From positions 1 to 64,000 of the forward strand of contig CAVQGX010000030.1 of NCBI GenBank assembly GCA_963712115.1: a DNA stretch of 64,000 nt, written 5' to 3'. The translations under genes and the position numbers were made by a program. This DNA comes from an uncultured delta proteobacterium (GTDB lineage: Bacteria; Desulfobacterota; Syntrophobacteria; BM002). Below, piece after piece: positions 31,875-42,340 of the stretch (positions are counted from its first letter, which is position 1; each line of letters starts with the position of its first letter). The notes under the pieces were generated by a model that was not told the DNA's origin, searched no databases, and worked only from the letters and a program-made list of their open reading frames with translations.

Positions 31875-33026
31875 TCAGCGATTCGTCGGGATGATCAATA
31901 CCTTAAGCTGATTATGAGTTGATTCTTTGATCTCGAATCTATATTTACCGAATGTTCTGGTGGTGAGATCCGCCGCCAATGATTGGGTGCTGCCGGTGAG
32001 CTCTACCTCCAAGTCGGCTGTGCCCATGGTGTAATTTCGCTGGTAAATTTCCTTAATTCCTCTGACGTTGTCAGAAATAAGCTGAATGACTTCCTGAAGA
32101 TGAGCATACCCTTGCAAGCCGTGGATAGTAAGATTGACGTTGGCAATGTTGTAAACCTGTTCCTGAAAGATGTCGATCATCCTATCTATCATGTCGTTGG
32201 CAAGATATTCGCTGGCCTCTGTTATGGCCATTTGTTTGCCGGTAAGACTGTTGACATGGGGTTTAGCGGCTTGGCGGGTCTCAGATACCTTAACCTCACC
32301 GGTGTCAGCCCTGACCAGCTTGGCACTAACAACAGCCTGATTGCTGTTGATTCTAATATCACCAATAGTCACCTCATTAGTGGTAGCCTGGGCAGTGCCG
32401 ATGAGAAGCATTTCAGCCCCATATTTGTCACCTATTACCGCGGCAACTCTCTCGTCTCCTGCCAACAGTCCCCTGACACCGTCCCGACCCAGGTTGCGGC
32501 GGACAACGTCTGCATCCACTAGCTTAAAGCCGCGTTCAAGAAGCACTTTTGACACAGCATCTTCGGCTAACCTGCCACTGTTGAGATCCTGAGACAGAAT
32601 CTCTTCGAAAAGTACCATGACCCGAGGTTTTCTGACCTGGCGCATGAGGATGTTGAGGGCTCGAAGGTCGTTTTTCAACTCGCCGCTAGCCACAGTGGCT
32701 TGTATGGTGACCCGGTAAAGTCCCTCCTCTGCCTTTTCGTCGAGCACCTCATAGGACTGAACGTACCCCTTTGACTGAGAATAGATTTTGTCTGATAGGA
32801 GTTGGTAGTTCTCGACCAGGGTCTCATTCTCAATGAGACTACCTGTGGCCTGCTCCACAGCATTGCGGAGGGCGTCTTCGATAGCTTTGTCCCGGGAAAT
32901 GTCAAGGTTGCCCTGAACAATGGCTGCCACTCCCTGGCTCTCTATGGAACTGCTCTGGCTGAGTACATTCTGGGGAAGAAGGCTAAGCAGAAAAACTAAT
33001 AGCACGATCCGATAAGAACAACGCAT
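31875..33026 (-). CDS. FlgT-N-terminal-domain exported protein
   Basis: GVA..SRDKAIEDALRNAVEQATG..I..ET.VENY..SKGYV; KPRVMV middle domain. Confidence 0.8.
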   Translation of the reverse strand: MRCSYRIVLLVFLLSLLPQNVLSQSSSIESQGVAAIVQGNLDISRDKAIEDALRNAVEQATGSLIENETLVENYQLLSDKIYSQSKGYVQSYEVLDEKAEEGLYRVTIQATVASGELKNDLRALNILMRQVRKPRVMVLFEEILSQDLNSGRLAEDAVSKVLLERGFKLVDADVVRRNLGRDGVRGLLAGDERVAAVIGDKYGAEMLLIGTAQATTNEVTIGDIRINSNQAVVSAKLVRADTGEVKVSETRQAAKPHVNSLTGKQMAITEASEYLANDMIDRMIDIFQEQVYNIANVNLTIHGLQGYAHLQEVIQLISDNVRGIKEIYQRNYTMGTADLEVELTGSTQSLAADLTTRTFGKYRFEIKESTHNQLKVLIIPTNR

Positions 33027-33639
33027 GATCTGTATCCAATGTAGTTAAGGTTGCCTCAAACTGGTTTGACCTAAGTAACTGGAAAGGAAGGAATACCTTC
33101 GCGAACGATGAATCAGGGAGAAACGAGCTTATCTAAGGATTCAAAATATTTAGTGAATGATAGCAAATCAATTTCTCAATTGTCAATGACAAAAAATTTC
33201 GAGGCAATGCAGGGGTACACTTTGTTAAAACCACACAAAACCCTGATTTCGATGAATATTTCCTTGCCGCTAATCCCCAGGGAGCAATCTGCTGGAGCAT
33301 GTTTTCGAGTTGACACACACCCGCACAGAATTTTAAGATTCGGCGAACAAACTCTTCCACCCCGTCGGCGGACGCCGGGGGGAAACTGGTGGGGTAATTC
33401 ACCACCTGGTCCCGGCTTCTTTATCGGCTAGCGCAGTAGAAAGGGAGTGGCTAAGGTGCACTCGTTGTTTGACAAATCGTGTTCAAAAAAGGTATATAGC
33501 ACCAGTAGATCAACATATGGAGATGCCAGGGAAAGAGGGCCTGGTCTGGATACCGGGCCTTTTGCCTGTTTTTATGCTAATTTTTGACGTGGGGCTGGGT
33601 AAGGAAAGCCGGCCCAGGGATAGAGCGGAGGAGGATAAC

Positions 33640-34485
33640 ATGAGAAAAACTGTAGCTTTTGCCATAATTGCATTAGTGTCGGCAATTCTCATGGTGCCTG
33701 CCATGGTCTGGGCTCAAGATGAGGTGGTTCAGCAGTTTAATAATGGCAGCATCAACTGGAGCAGTGGCAAGGTTACCGCAGTGGGAATTGGTGCCCCGCC
33801 GGCCCAACCAGCTAATATGGCTCAGGCCAGGGCCATGGCCAGGCGTGCTGCCATCACTGTTGCTCGTCGAAATCTACTGGAGATTACCCAGGGGGTTCAA
33901 GTGGACTCTATGACCTTGGTCAAGGATTTCGTGGTTAAGAGTGACATTGTCCGGACTTCAGTCCAGGGAGTAGTCCGGAATGCCCAAGTGGTGGACACTG
34001 CCTACATGAGTGACGGCTCTGTGGAAGTGACAATTATGATGGACATGGGGGGCGAATTCGCCAGTGTAGTCCTGCCGCCTCCTCCCGTGATGCCTGAGGG
34101 ATTTCCAGGACCCATGGCGCCAACAGGTGCTGAGGTGCCCCCTCAAGTTTTCACTGGGTTGGTGATAGATGCCCGTGGACTGGGTACTCGTCCGGCAATG
34201 GCTCCGAAAATCCTGGATGAAAGCGGCAAGGAAATATATGGATCTGCCATGGTTGATCGAGAGTACGCAGTGCAGCAAGGCATGGTCGGTTATGCCAAGG
34301 ATTTAAGCGCTGCTCAAGGAAACAGCAGGGTTACCGACAGACCAATAGTTGTAAAAGCGTTGCGGACCTCCGGTCCGGCCAAGTGCGATGTGGTAGTGTC
34401 CAACAGCGATGCGGCAAAACTGGAAGCCGCTGGGGAAAACCTGAGCTTTTTGCAGAAATGCCGGGTAATGGTTGTTCTGGACTGA
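33640..34485 (+). CDS. LPP20-like exported protein
   Basis: INWSSGKVTAVGIG..ARRAA..ARRNLLE..GVQVDS; FTGLVIDARG..PAMAPKI; GGAGGAGG RBS. Confidence 0.8.
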   Translation: MRKTVAFAIIALVSAILMVPAMVWAQDEVVQQFNNGSINWSSGKVTAVGIGAPPAQPANMAQARAMARRAAITVARRNLLEITQGVQVDSMTLVKDFVVKSDIVRTSVQGVVRNAQVVDTAYMSDGSVEVTIMMDMGGEFASVVLPPPPVMPEGFPGPMAPTGAEVPPQVFTGLVIDARGLGTRPAMAPKILDESGKEIYGSAMVDREYAVQQGMVGYAKDLSAAQGNSRVTDRPIVVKALRTSGPAKCDVVVSNSDAAKLEAAGENLSFLQKCRVMVVLD

Positions 34486-34610
34486 GTCTGGAAACAGCCC
34501 GAGGAAATAGATTCCCTGGGGCCTGGCCTTAAGGGGCTGAGCATAGAATTTCTCTAGGGAGGAAACTAGCAGCAACCCGCCATTTAATGGGTTGCAGGGA
34601 GGATATGGAG

Positions 34611-35819
34611 ATGAAGAGCCATACCTATTGGAAATTATGGACACTTGCAGCCCTCCTGGTTTTTTCACTAGCATTGTTTGTCGGTTGCGCTAAGAAAAGA
34701 GCACCCGAAAGCGTGATGGATACTCCCCAACATCACACCAATAACGGCATGAGGTCTTTCGAAAAAGGGGAACTGGATGTGGCCCAGCAAGAGTTCAAAA
34801 TGGCTTTGGAGCTAGAGCCTAAATACGGCCCCGCTCATGTGGGTATGGGATTGGTCTACTCTGCCAGATATGTTCAGGTGCAGGATAAGAAAGAAAAAGA
34901 AAAGCTCCTAGACCAAGCCTTCGACAGCTTGAAAAGTGGCAAAAAATACTCCAAGGAAAAAGAGCAAAAGGTCTTTGCCCGGGTGGGCTACATTAGAGTT
35001 TACACCCTAACCAAGCCGAAAGGGTGGCTTGAAGATGCCAAACAGAACTTCGACTATGCCGTTCTAGAAGACAAGCAAGCCCCAGCACCCTACTACTTCA
35101 TGGGTGAGGCGTATAAACAGTCATATGAGTTCAGTAAAGCAGCTGATATGTATCGTAAGGTTCTCGACCTGGATACAGAATATACAGCAGAGGCCAACCG
35201 AGCTTGGGAATTGGTGCAGAAAATTGAGCGGGCTAAACCGGGTACAACTATGGGTAAACAGATCGCCCTGGTTGAGCACATTACCCGCGCCGACGTGGCC
35301 GCACTCTTTGTGGAGGAACTCAAGCTGGAGGAAGTTTACGAAAAGCTGAACGTCAAAACCTTCGACACTGAATTCAAACCGCCCAAGTCCGGCCTGGAAA
35401 TGGAGACTGAAACTGTGGTGAAGATGGCGCCTGCCACCGACATCGCTGACCATGTTCTTCGCCATGACATTAATACGGTAATCCGCATAGGTGTTCGCGG
35501 TCTGGAGCCTTATCCGAACCATACATTTCAACCTGACAAGCAGATCACCAGAGCCGAATATGCCATGATGATCGAGGACATTCTGGTCAAGGCCACAAGG
35601 GACGAAGGACTGGACACACGCTTCTTTGGAAGTCAGTCTCCCTTTCCTGACTTGCGGAGCGATTTGCCCTACTTCAACTCGGTAATGGTTTGTACTAGTC
35701 GCAATATAATGACTGTGGCCGACAAACGGACCGGCGAGTTTCAGCCCATGGGAACGGTTTCAGGGGCCGATGCCCTGCTAGCAATCAGGGAACTGAAGGA
35801 ACAGCTCAGGGTGTTTTGA
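34611..35819 (+). CDS. TPR + S-layer homology (SLH) lipoprotein
   Basis: Lipobox FVGC; TPRs; ITRADVA, FQPDKQITRAEYA, PFPDL..FQPMGTVSGADA. Confidence 0.85.
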   Translation: MKSHTYWKLWTLAALLVFSLALFVGCAKKRAPESVMDTPQHHTNNGMRSFEKGELDVAQQEFKMALELEPKYGPAHVGMGLVYSARYVQVQDKKEKEKLLDQAFDSLKSGKKYSKEKEQKVFARVGYIRVYTLTKPKGWLEDAKQNFDYAVLEDKQAPAPYYFMGEAYKQSYEFSKAADMYRKVLDLDTEYTAEANRAWELVQKIERAKPGTTMGKQIALVEHITRADVAALFVEELKLEEVYEKLNVKTFDTEFKPPKSGLEMETETVVKMAPATDIADHVLRHDINTVIRIGVRGLEPYPNHTFQPDKQITRAEYAMMIEDILVKATRDEGLDTRFFGSQSPFPDLRSDLPYFNSVMVCTSRNIMTVADKRTGEFQPMGTVSGADALLAIRELKEQLRVF

Positions 35820-35911
35820 GAACTAGTTTTTGCCACGAAGGGCACAAAGGAATTATCGCATAGCGTATAGCGCCGAGCGTATAAAGGGAGTGAATAACGA
35901 GCGTATTTGGT

Positions 35912-36697
35912 ATGAACTATTCTCGACGGAAGTTGCAGCCAGGCCTGTTCTGGACCGTGCTGCTGTTTGCCTCAATTCTTCTTGGCCTGAGCCCGGCAAG
36001 CTTGGCTCAGGAGTCCTTCGTTTTTCCCTTGGAGGGTGAACGAGCTCGGGTCACCTACGTGCAGGGTGAGGTGCGGCGCCAGGCTTCAGAGGAGGGTCCG
36101 TGGGCAGCTCTCACCCTTGGAGCGTTTGTCGAGGCCGGCGAGCGAATCATGACCATGAAAGGTGGACGGTTAGAACTCCAACTTCCAGACAAAAGCATTA
36201 TCCGGTTTGACGAAGAAAGCGATGTCCGCTTGGCAAAGGCAGAATATAATCCTGCCCAGTCGAAACGGGACGTTCGTTTTTCCCTCGTCCTCGGAAAAAC
36301 TTGGGCGAACATCCAGACCATTTTCGGCAGCAGCAAAGGCGTTCAGGTAGAGACAGAAAATGCAATAGTGGGAGTTCGTGGCACCGTCTTTCGCATGAAT
36401 GTGGACCTTGATAGGTCAGCGATCATCAGAGTTTACCGTGGTAGCGTGGCGGTGAGCAAACCCCACCGGATTCCTGCCCCTGGTGAGCCTGGGAGTGAGA
36501 TACAGCGGGTTCCTGGTCCAACTAGGGTGCCCGGGCCTCACCGGGTGACCGTGGAAGAATGGATTCGTATTGTGGAGGCGATGCAGCAGATTACAGTCAG
36601 TGGTGAAGGGATTCCTTCAAAACCACGAACCTTCACCATGGAGGAAGATTTGAACGACTGGGTGCAGTGGAACTTGGAGCGCGATCTCCAAATCTAA
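35912..36697 (+). CDS. FecR-domain exported protein
   Basis: VTYVQGEV, GRLELQLPDKSIIRFDEES, VETENAIVGVRGTVF. Confidence 0.82.
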   Translation: MNYSRRKLQPGLFWTVLLFASILLGLSPASLAQESFVFPLEGERARVTYVQGEVRRQASEEGPWAALTLGAFVEAGERIMTMKGGRLELQLPDKSIIRFDEESDVRLAKAEYNPAQSKRDVRFSLVLGKTWANIQTIFGSSKGVQVETENAIVGVRGTVFRMNVDLDRSAIIRVYRGSVAVSKPHRIPAPGEPGSEIQRVPGPTRVPGPHRVTVEEWIRIVEAMQQITVSGEGIPSKPRTFTMEEDLNDWVQWNLERDLQI

Positions 36698-36867
36698 CGT
36701 TGCATTAGACACCTGCCTCAACATACCTTTGGGGCCAAGTTCAGGTACTGCCCAGCGCGATATAATTTAGGATGCCAACCCTGTGAAACTTCAGTTGACA
36801 AGGCGGTTGGACAAATTCTGCAAAGTGTAATTTGGAGATGATGATTGACGGGTTCAGTTAACCCGTG

Positions 36868-36883
36868 TGGCCCGCCTTTTGCA
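36868..36883 (+). promoter_or_regulatory. Sigma54 promoter upstream of pilT
   Basis: TGGCCCGCCTTTTGCA; palindrome ACGGGTT-N5-AACCCGT just upstream. Confidence 0.55.
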
Positions 36884-37007
36884 TTACCCTTCTGAGCTGT
36901 TGATTTGAACTTCACCCCTCTTGCATGAACAAATGACGGTGGAAGTAAAGGAGCACTATTCGGCCGAGGAGTTTTGCTAACTATAGTTAGGAGACCGGAG
37001 TTGAGCT

Positions 37008-38090
37008 ATGGCCCGTATTGATGCGTTTTTCAAGCTGATGCATGAGCAGAAGGCCTCAGATTTACACCTTGTGGCAGGCCTGCAGCCTGCTCTCAGGATT
37101 CAGGGAGACATGGAGCGGGTTAAGTACAAGGTGCTAGATAACGATGAACTCAAAGGTATGCTTTATGAAATTACGCCGGAGGAGAAGATAAAAACCTTCG
37201 AAGAGACCGGCGATGTGGACTTTGCTTACGAAATACCCGGACTAGCCCGATACCGCTCTAACTTTTTCCAACAGAACTTTGGTATAGGTGCCGTATTTCG
37301 TGAAATTCCAAGTGAAATTTTATCCGTGGAGGAACTAGGTCTTCCCCAGGTGGTTTCTAAGCTGGCCCTGCTGCCAAGGGGATTGGTGCTGGTGACAGGG
37401 CCCACCGGGAGTGGCAAATCCACCACGCTTGCGGCCATAATTGATGAGGCTAATCAAAAACGCAAAGATCACATTATCACCATCGAAGATCCCATAGAGT
37501 TTGTCCACAAGAGCAAAAGCTGCATCGTTAATCAACGAGAAGTGGGCATGCATACAAAATCTTTCTCATCAGCACTGCGAGGCGCCCTGCGCGAGGATCC
37601 TGATGTGATATTGGTGGGTGAGATGCGCGATTTGACAACTATCTCTCTGGCCATTGAGGCTGCGGCAACCGGACATTTGGTATTTGCCACCCTGCATACT
37701 ACCAGTGCAGCAAAGACCGTGGATCGGATGATCGAGGTCTTTCCAGCCGAGCAGCAAGCCCAGATTCGCTCCACCCTCGCAGATGGCATTCGGGCGGTGG
37801 TTGCCCAAAACTTGCTCAAGCGCATCGATATTCCAGGACGTATTGTCTGTCCGGAAATATTGATTGCTACCCATGCCGTAAGAGCTTTAGTCCGTGAGAA
37901 CAAGACCTATCAGATCCCCACGGCGATCCAGACGGGCAAGAAATACGGCATGCAATCCTTGGATGATGCAATTATGTCACAGCTGAAGGCAAACCGGATC
38001 AGCGCGGATGAGGCCTACATGAAGTGTGATGACAAAGAGAAGTTTCGGCCATTTTTACGAAATCCGCCCACTGATTTTACTGAGGTTTAA
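37008..38090 (+). CDS. pilT: Type IV pilus retraction ATPase
   Basis: ASDLHL, GPTGSGKST, TIEDPIE, ALREDPDVILVGEMRD, TGHLVFATLHT. Confidence 0.95.
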   Translation: MARIDAFFKLMHEQKASDLHLVAGLQPALRIQGDMERVKYKVLDNDELKGMLYEITPEEKIKTFEETGDVDFAYEIPGLARYRSNFFQQNFGIGAVFREIPSEILSVEELGLPQVVSKLALLPRGLVLVTGPTGSGKSTTLAAIIDEANQKRKDHIITIEDPIEFVHKSKSCIVNQREVGMHTKSFSSALRGALREDPDVILVGEMRDLTTISLAIEAAATGHLVFATLHTTSAAKTVDRMIEVFPAEQQAQIRSTLADGIRAVVAQNLLKRIDIPGRIVCPEILIATHAVRALVRENKTYQIPTAIQTGKKYGMQSLDDAIMSQLKANRISADEAYMKCDDKEKFRPFLRNPPTDFTEV

Positions 38091-38214
38091 ACTTGGCACT
38101 TATTTTAGCTGCTCGTAGCCTAATGGATTTTGGTTTTAGCAAGGGCTAAATGTCCCGGTGAAGCACACTTTGGTGCCGGGGTTTTTCGCTGACTCAAGGG
38201 TAAAGGAAACTAGC

Positions 38215-39393
38215 ATGCGAAAGAGAGAAATAGATCATTTTCTTCGCAAGATGCTGGATTTTCACGAGAATGTTTCTGACCTGGTGGTTACGGTAGATCG
38301 TCCCTTTCAGGTTGAATCTGACGGCGAACTCATGGCCGTTCCCATGGATGTGCCAATTGATAACCTGACTCCCTTTCAGTCTGAGACTTTCGCCCTAAAT
38401 TTGTTAGGCGGTGACAGGCGCAACATAGAAGCCCTGCTTAGCGAGGGATCTTGCGATCTTTCCTACCACCTGGCTGGCAAAGCGCGCTTTCGTGTAAATG
38501 TCTTTTCCCAGCGAGGCTACTTTTCGGTGGTTATGCGTAAACTGGAGACCCGTATCCCCAGCATAGAAGATCTGAAATTGCCACAAATCTTCAAAAACAT
38601 AGCCGCTGAGAGAAACGGTATAGTTTTCGTTACTGGGGCCACCGGCAGTGGCAAGTCAACTTCTCTTGCAGCCATTCTCAACGAAGTGAACGACCTTCGC
38701 CCGGTGCACATCGTAACCTTGGAAGATCCTGTGGAGTTCGTCCATCATCACCGGAAGGCAACTTTCAACCAAAGGGAGATGGGCACCGACTTTGATTCAT
38801 TTTCCACCGGCTTGAGGGCGGCACTGCGCCAAGCTCCAAAGATAATTCTGGTAGGTGAGATGCGCGATCGAGAGACCGTAGAGATCGGCCTCAGTGCCGC
38901 AGAAACAGGCCATCTGGTTCTTACCACCTTGCACACAGTGGATTCCGGCCAAACCATAAACCGTATCCTCGGTATGTTTGATACCGAGGAGGAGAAGCAG
39001 ATAAGAATCAGATTGGCCGACTCTATCCGCTATGTGGTGTGCCAGCGTCTTCTCCCCAAAGAAGGCGGCGGTCGTGTGGCAGCCTTCGAAATAATGGGGA
39101 AGGATATTAGGGTCAAGGAAGTCATCCTCGAAGGTGAAAGCGAGGGGAAAACATTATACGAGATCACCGAGAGTAATCGAGCTTTTGGCTGGTGTACCTT
39201 TGATGACTCCATATTGGAACTTTTCCAAGAGGGACAAGTAAGCCACGATACTGCAATGGCATTTGCTTCCAAAAAAGCCATCATGAGGCGAGGTATCGAC
39301 CGGATCAAGGCCGCTCGCGGTGAAAAGGTGACAGACATCGAAGGCCTTGAAATCGACAGGGGATATGGAAGGCCGGGAAAAAGGAAAAAATAG
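38215..39393 (+). CDS. pilU: PilT/PilU-family ATPase
   Basis: GATGSGKST, TLEDPVE, ALRQAPKIILVGEMRD, TGHLVLTTLHT. Confidence 0.85.
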   Translation: MRKREIDHFLRKMLDFHENVSDLVVTVDRPFQVESDGELMAVPMDVPIDNLTPFQSETFALNLLGGDRRNIEALLSEGSCDLSYHLAGKARFRVNVFSQRGYFSVVMRKLETRIPSIEDLKLPQIFKNIAAERNGIVFVTGATGSGKSTSLAAILNEVNDLRPVHIVTLEDPVEFVHHHRKATFNQREMGTDFDSFSTGLRAALRQAPKIILVGEMRDRETVEIGLSAAETGHLVLTTLHTVDSGQTINRILGMFDTEEEKQIRIRLADSIRYVVCQRLLPKEGGGRVAAFEIMGKDIRVKEVILEGESEGKTLYEITESNRAFGWCTFDDSILELFQEGQVSHDTAMAFASKKAIMRRGIDRIKAARGEKVTDIEGLEIDRGYGRPGKRKK

Positions 39394-39429
39394 TTGCTAA
39401 TATGCAGTAAGGCCGGGGGTTAATATCCA

Positions 39430-40113
39430 GTGAGGATACAATGTAACCATTGCCAGGCTGTTTTTAACGTGTCTGCTGACAAAGTTCCCAAGGGCCAGCA
39501 GTTCAAGGCAACCTGTAGCAAATGTAGGCGCACCATCATAGTGGAACCACAGTCAGCAGCAAAGGGCTCCGTAGTCGGCGTGGATGCATCCCTTTCAGAG
39601 GTTGCGGATGCGCCAACAGCCATTGCGGCAGATCTCGACGTTACCAGCGCTTACGATTCTCCTCTAGAAGTCCTGGAAGAAGGGGCCAGGAGCGCACTTG
39701 TTTGTGTAGACGAGCCAGGACGGCTCAGGGCTGTAAAGGAAGCCCTCGAGGATCTGAATTATTACAGCAGTATGGCCTCTTCAGTCAAAGAGGCTCTCAG
39801 CAAGCTCCGCTACAATCAATATGATTTAGTGATGCTGGATGAGGAATTCTGTGGAGAAAACGCCGAAAACAATACCATTCTCCGTTATCTTCAACCCATG
39901 CCCATGTCCACCCGGAGAAACATATTTCTCATGTTGATCAGTAGCCAGGTCAAGACCCTGGACAACCTTATGGCCTTCGCCAAGAGTGTCAATGCGGTGA
40001 TACATGTTAGTGATATACAGAAAGTTAAACTCGTACTTGAACGAGCTATTGCTGACCACCGACGCTTCTACAAAGTTTACTGGGACCTTACCAAGTCTAT
40101 AGGCATCCACTGA
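39430..40113 (+). CDS. Zinc-ribbon (MJ0042-like) + receiver-like domain protein
   Basis: CNHC..CSKC; EALSKLRYNQYDLVMLDE. Confidence 0.75.
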   Translation: MRIQCNHCQAVFNVSADKVPKGQQFKATCSKCRRTIIVEPQSAAKGSVVGVDASLSEVADAPTAIAADLDVTSAYDSPLEVLEEGARSALVCVDEPGRLRAVKEALEDLNYYSSMASSVKEALSKLRYNQYDLVMLDEEFCGENAENNTILRYLQPMPMSTRRNIFLMLISSQVKTLDNLMAFAKSVNAVIHVSDIQKVKLVLERAIADHRRFYKVYWDLTKSIGIH

Positions 40114-40184
40114 TCCCCCCTACCACCCCAAATCCACCGTCTAATTTAGTTATCAGGACTGAAATCAGCGGCTTATGGAGTATT

Positions 40185-40311
40185 CCTGATCACCAGCAAG
40201 GTATTAGATGCAAGGCGCCGAGGAGCGACGACTGAGGCGTATGGGGCAATACGCCGCAAGGAGGAGCGATCAAAGGCAACGCCGCAGATGATGCCTTGAT
40301 GGTGGATCAGG
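40185..40311. mobile_element. MITE-like palindromic element family C
   Basis: CCTGATCACCAGCAAGG / CCTTGATGGTGGATCAGG termini; core GAGGCGTAT-GGGGCA-ATACGCCGCA. Confidence 0.65.
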
Positions 40312-40477
40312 GGCACAGAAGAAGGTTGCATTCCACCGAGTATTGGAGTACAAGGTAAGTCCAGATCAAGTCCATTTCTGCACTACCCCAAAACATTCCT
40401 TCCCATCCGTCAGGTCTACGCTCAACTGTTATGGACCGGCTTCCGGCCTAGGTCGAAGATTAAATGGAGGATGGTTG

Positions 40478-40777
40478 GTGAAGTTATTCAAACGGTGGCA
40501 ACAGAGAAAAGAGATTCGCGAACTACAGCTTCGCATTGACCACTGCCGCACCACTATCGAGGAGGTGCACAGTGCACTTCTGAAAGAGGAAATCCAACCG
40601 GAGATTGCTGAACAGTTCAGGCGGTTGGAGGAGGCATTGGAACAGGTGGACGTAAACCAGTTGGGGAATCGTGATATCGAAAAGATTGAAATGGCAACAA
40701 ACAAGTTGCTTGATGAGTTTCGCAGCCTCTATCGCCAGGGCAAGCTCAGGAACATTTACGAAGGACCGGTGCACTAA
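40478..40777 (+). CDS. Hypothetical helical protein
   Basis: GGAGG followed by GTG start; 99 aa, coiled-coil-like. Confidence 0.6.
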   Translation: MKLFKRWQQRKEIRELQLRIDHCRTTIEEVHSALLKEEIQPEIAEQFRRLEEALEQVDVNQLGNRDIEKIEMATNKLLDEFRSLYRQGKLRNIYEGPVH

Positions 40778-40972
40778 AAGATTAGTGACAGACTTAATCC
40801 TTCAGGAGAAATAGCCTCTCACAGAGGTCAGAAGTCGGAGATCAGAGATCAGCCTCACGCTTGCCCACTGACCTTTGACTTCTGACCTCTGGTTAAATGA
40901 AAAACGGACGACCGTGGTGTATAAAGCGAATTATCCGAACCAACCAAAACACACCACAAAGGAGGTCGTCCA

Positions 40973-42025
40973 ATGAAAAAGGTAGCATATCTGGCTATAG
41001 ATGTACATGCCGGTCACTGTGTTCTCGGCCACATGGATTTTGATGGAACTTTTATTGGAAACAGAAGATTTCCCACATCCGAGCGACACATTATCCAGGC
41101 CCTCAAAGCTGTTAAAGCAAAGGAGAAGTATCTGGCACTGGAAGAAAGTAACCTTGCCTATTGGGCTGCCCAGGTGGCCAGACCCTATGTAACCGAAGTC
41201 ATCTCCTCTGATCCCAGGGAGAACGCCTTGATCTACCGCAGTGCCAACAAGAGAGATAAGGTTGATACCCACAAGTTGTGCCGTCTTCTTAGACTGGGGG
41301 AGTTGAACCGGGTTTATCATGCTGAAAATGATGACCGCGCCATATTTAAGTCGGCGGTTCAACACTATATAGATCTTCGCGATCAGCAGGTGGTGTTGAA
41401 GAACAAGATTAAAGCTATGTACCGTCACTGGGGTGTTATTGAGGTAACAGGCCAAGCCGTCTATGGCACCAGCCGTGATGATTATCTGCAAAGGGTGAAG
41501 CATCTTCATATTCGCAATCAACTTCATCGTCTCTATTGTCTAATGGATGAAACCGAGTCCATGCAAAAAAGAGCTCTTAAGGCAATGAAGCAACTCGGGC
41601 GTAAATATCCTGAGATCAAAGAATTCGAAAAGATGCCTGGCATAGGGGAGATTCTTTCCCATATTTTCGATGCCTTCATTCAAACTCCCCACCGCTTTGC
41701 TCATAAGCGTAAACTCTGGCGCTATTGCCGCTTAGGGATCACCGATCGCTCCAGCGACGGTAAACCGCTGGGATTTAAACGGCTGGACAGATCCGGTGTC
41801 TCAGAACTCAAAGCCTTGAGCTATCGAGCATGGCTTGGTGCCATGGGAGGCGATAACGAGGTTAGAAAGTTTTACTCACGCTCCTTGCGGCAGACTCTAA
41901 GCCATGTCCATGCCAGACTCAATACCCAGCGAAAGATCATTGCCGTCATGTACGGCATGTGGAAAAGAGGAGATGCCTATAGGCCTGAACTGTTCCTGGA
42001 TTCGCCACAGATGAACGTTGTCTAA
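40973..42025 (+). CDS. IS110/IS1111 DEDD recombinase
   Basis: AIDVH, LEES, KRDKVD, MPGIG, GITDRSSDGK (catalytic Ser region). Confidence 0.93.
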   Translation: MKKVAYLAIDVHAGHCVLGHMDFDGTFIGNRRFPTSERHIIQALKAVKAKEKYLALEESNLAYWAAQVARPYVTEVISSDPRENALIYRSANKRDKVDTHKLCRLLRLGELNRVYHAENDDRAIFKSAVQHYIDLRDQQVVLKNKIKAMYRHWGVIEVTGQAVYGTSRDDYLQRVKHLHIRNQLHRLYCLMDETESMQKRALKAMKQLGRKYPEIKEFEKMPGIGEILSHIFDAFIQTPHRFAHKRKLWRYCRLGITDRSSDGKPLGFKRLDRSGVSELKALSYRAWLGAMGGDNEVRKFYSRSLRQTLSHVHARLNTQRKIIAVMYGMWKRGDAYRPELFLDSPQMNVV

Positions 42026-42029
42026 AGGA

Positions 42030-42340
42030 GACAGCACCATTAACTGGACTGAAGTGCGCAGACCAGTCCGGCGGATCCGGGTTGCCGGGTGAGTCTCGAT
42101 CAATAGAAGTCTAGCCACCCCCGATGCTTCGGGGCGACAGGCTCGACCTCTGGATAGGCCCCCGGCCTTTATACCCAATGTGACCCTAGTCATTTTCCTC
42201 TCAGGAAAAACAGACTCATATATGTGACTGGAAAGAACACGGCCCGCACTGTCATGTTGATCCGATCACCCGACTGTGTATGCACACTTCATAAGTTAAG
42301 TGATGGTCTGCTCCCACATGGCCAACAAGGCTCACGGTCG
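42030..42340 (+). ncRNA. Predicted seek/bridge RNA region of the IS1111 element (ends approximate)
   Basis: Hairpin-rich; AGAAGTC (42105-42111) and GACCTCTG (42145-42152) match the two target strands; ATATGTG (42220-42226) matches the element's right end. Confidence 0.7.

Noticed and set aside
38093-38111. TGGCAC box before pilU as a sigma54 promoter
   Set aside because: GG-to-GC spacing is 11, not 10.
41897-42193. Duplicated ORF MTRVTLGIKAGG... (also 24795-25046)
   Set aside because: Antisense to the IS1111 non-coding region; the duplication reflects the two IS copies.
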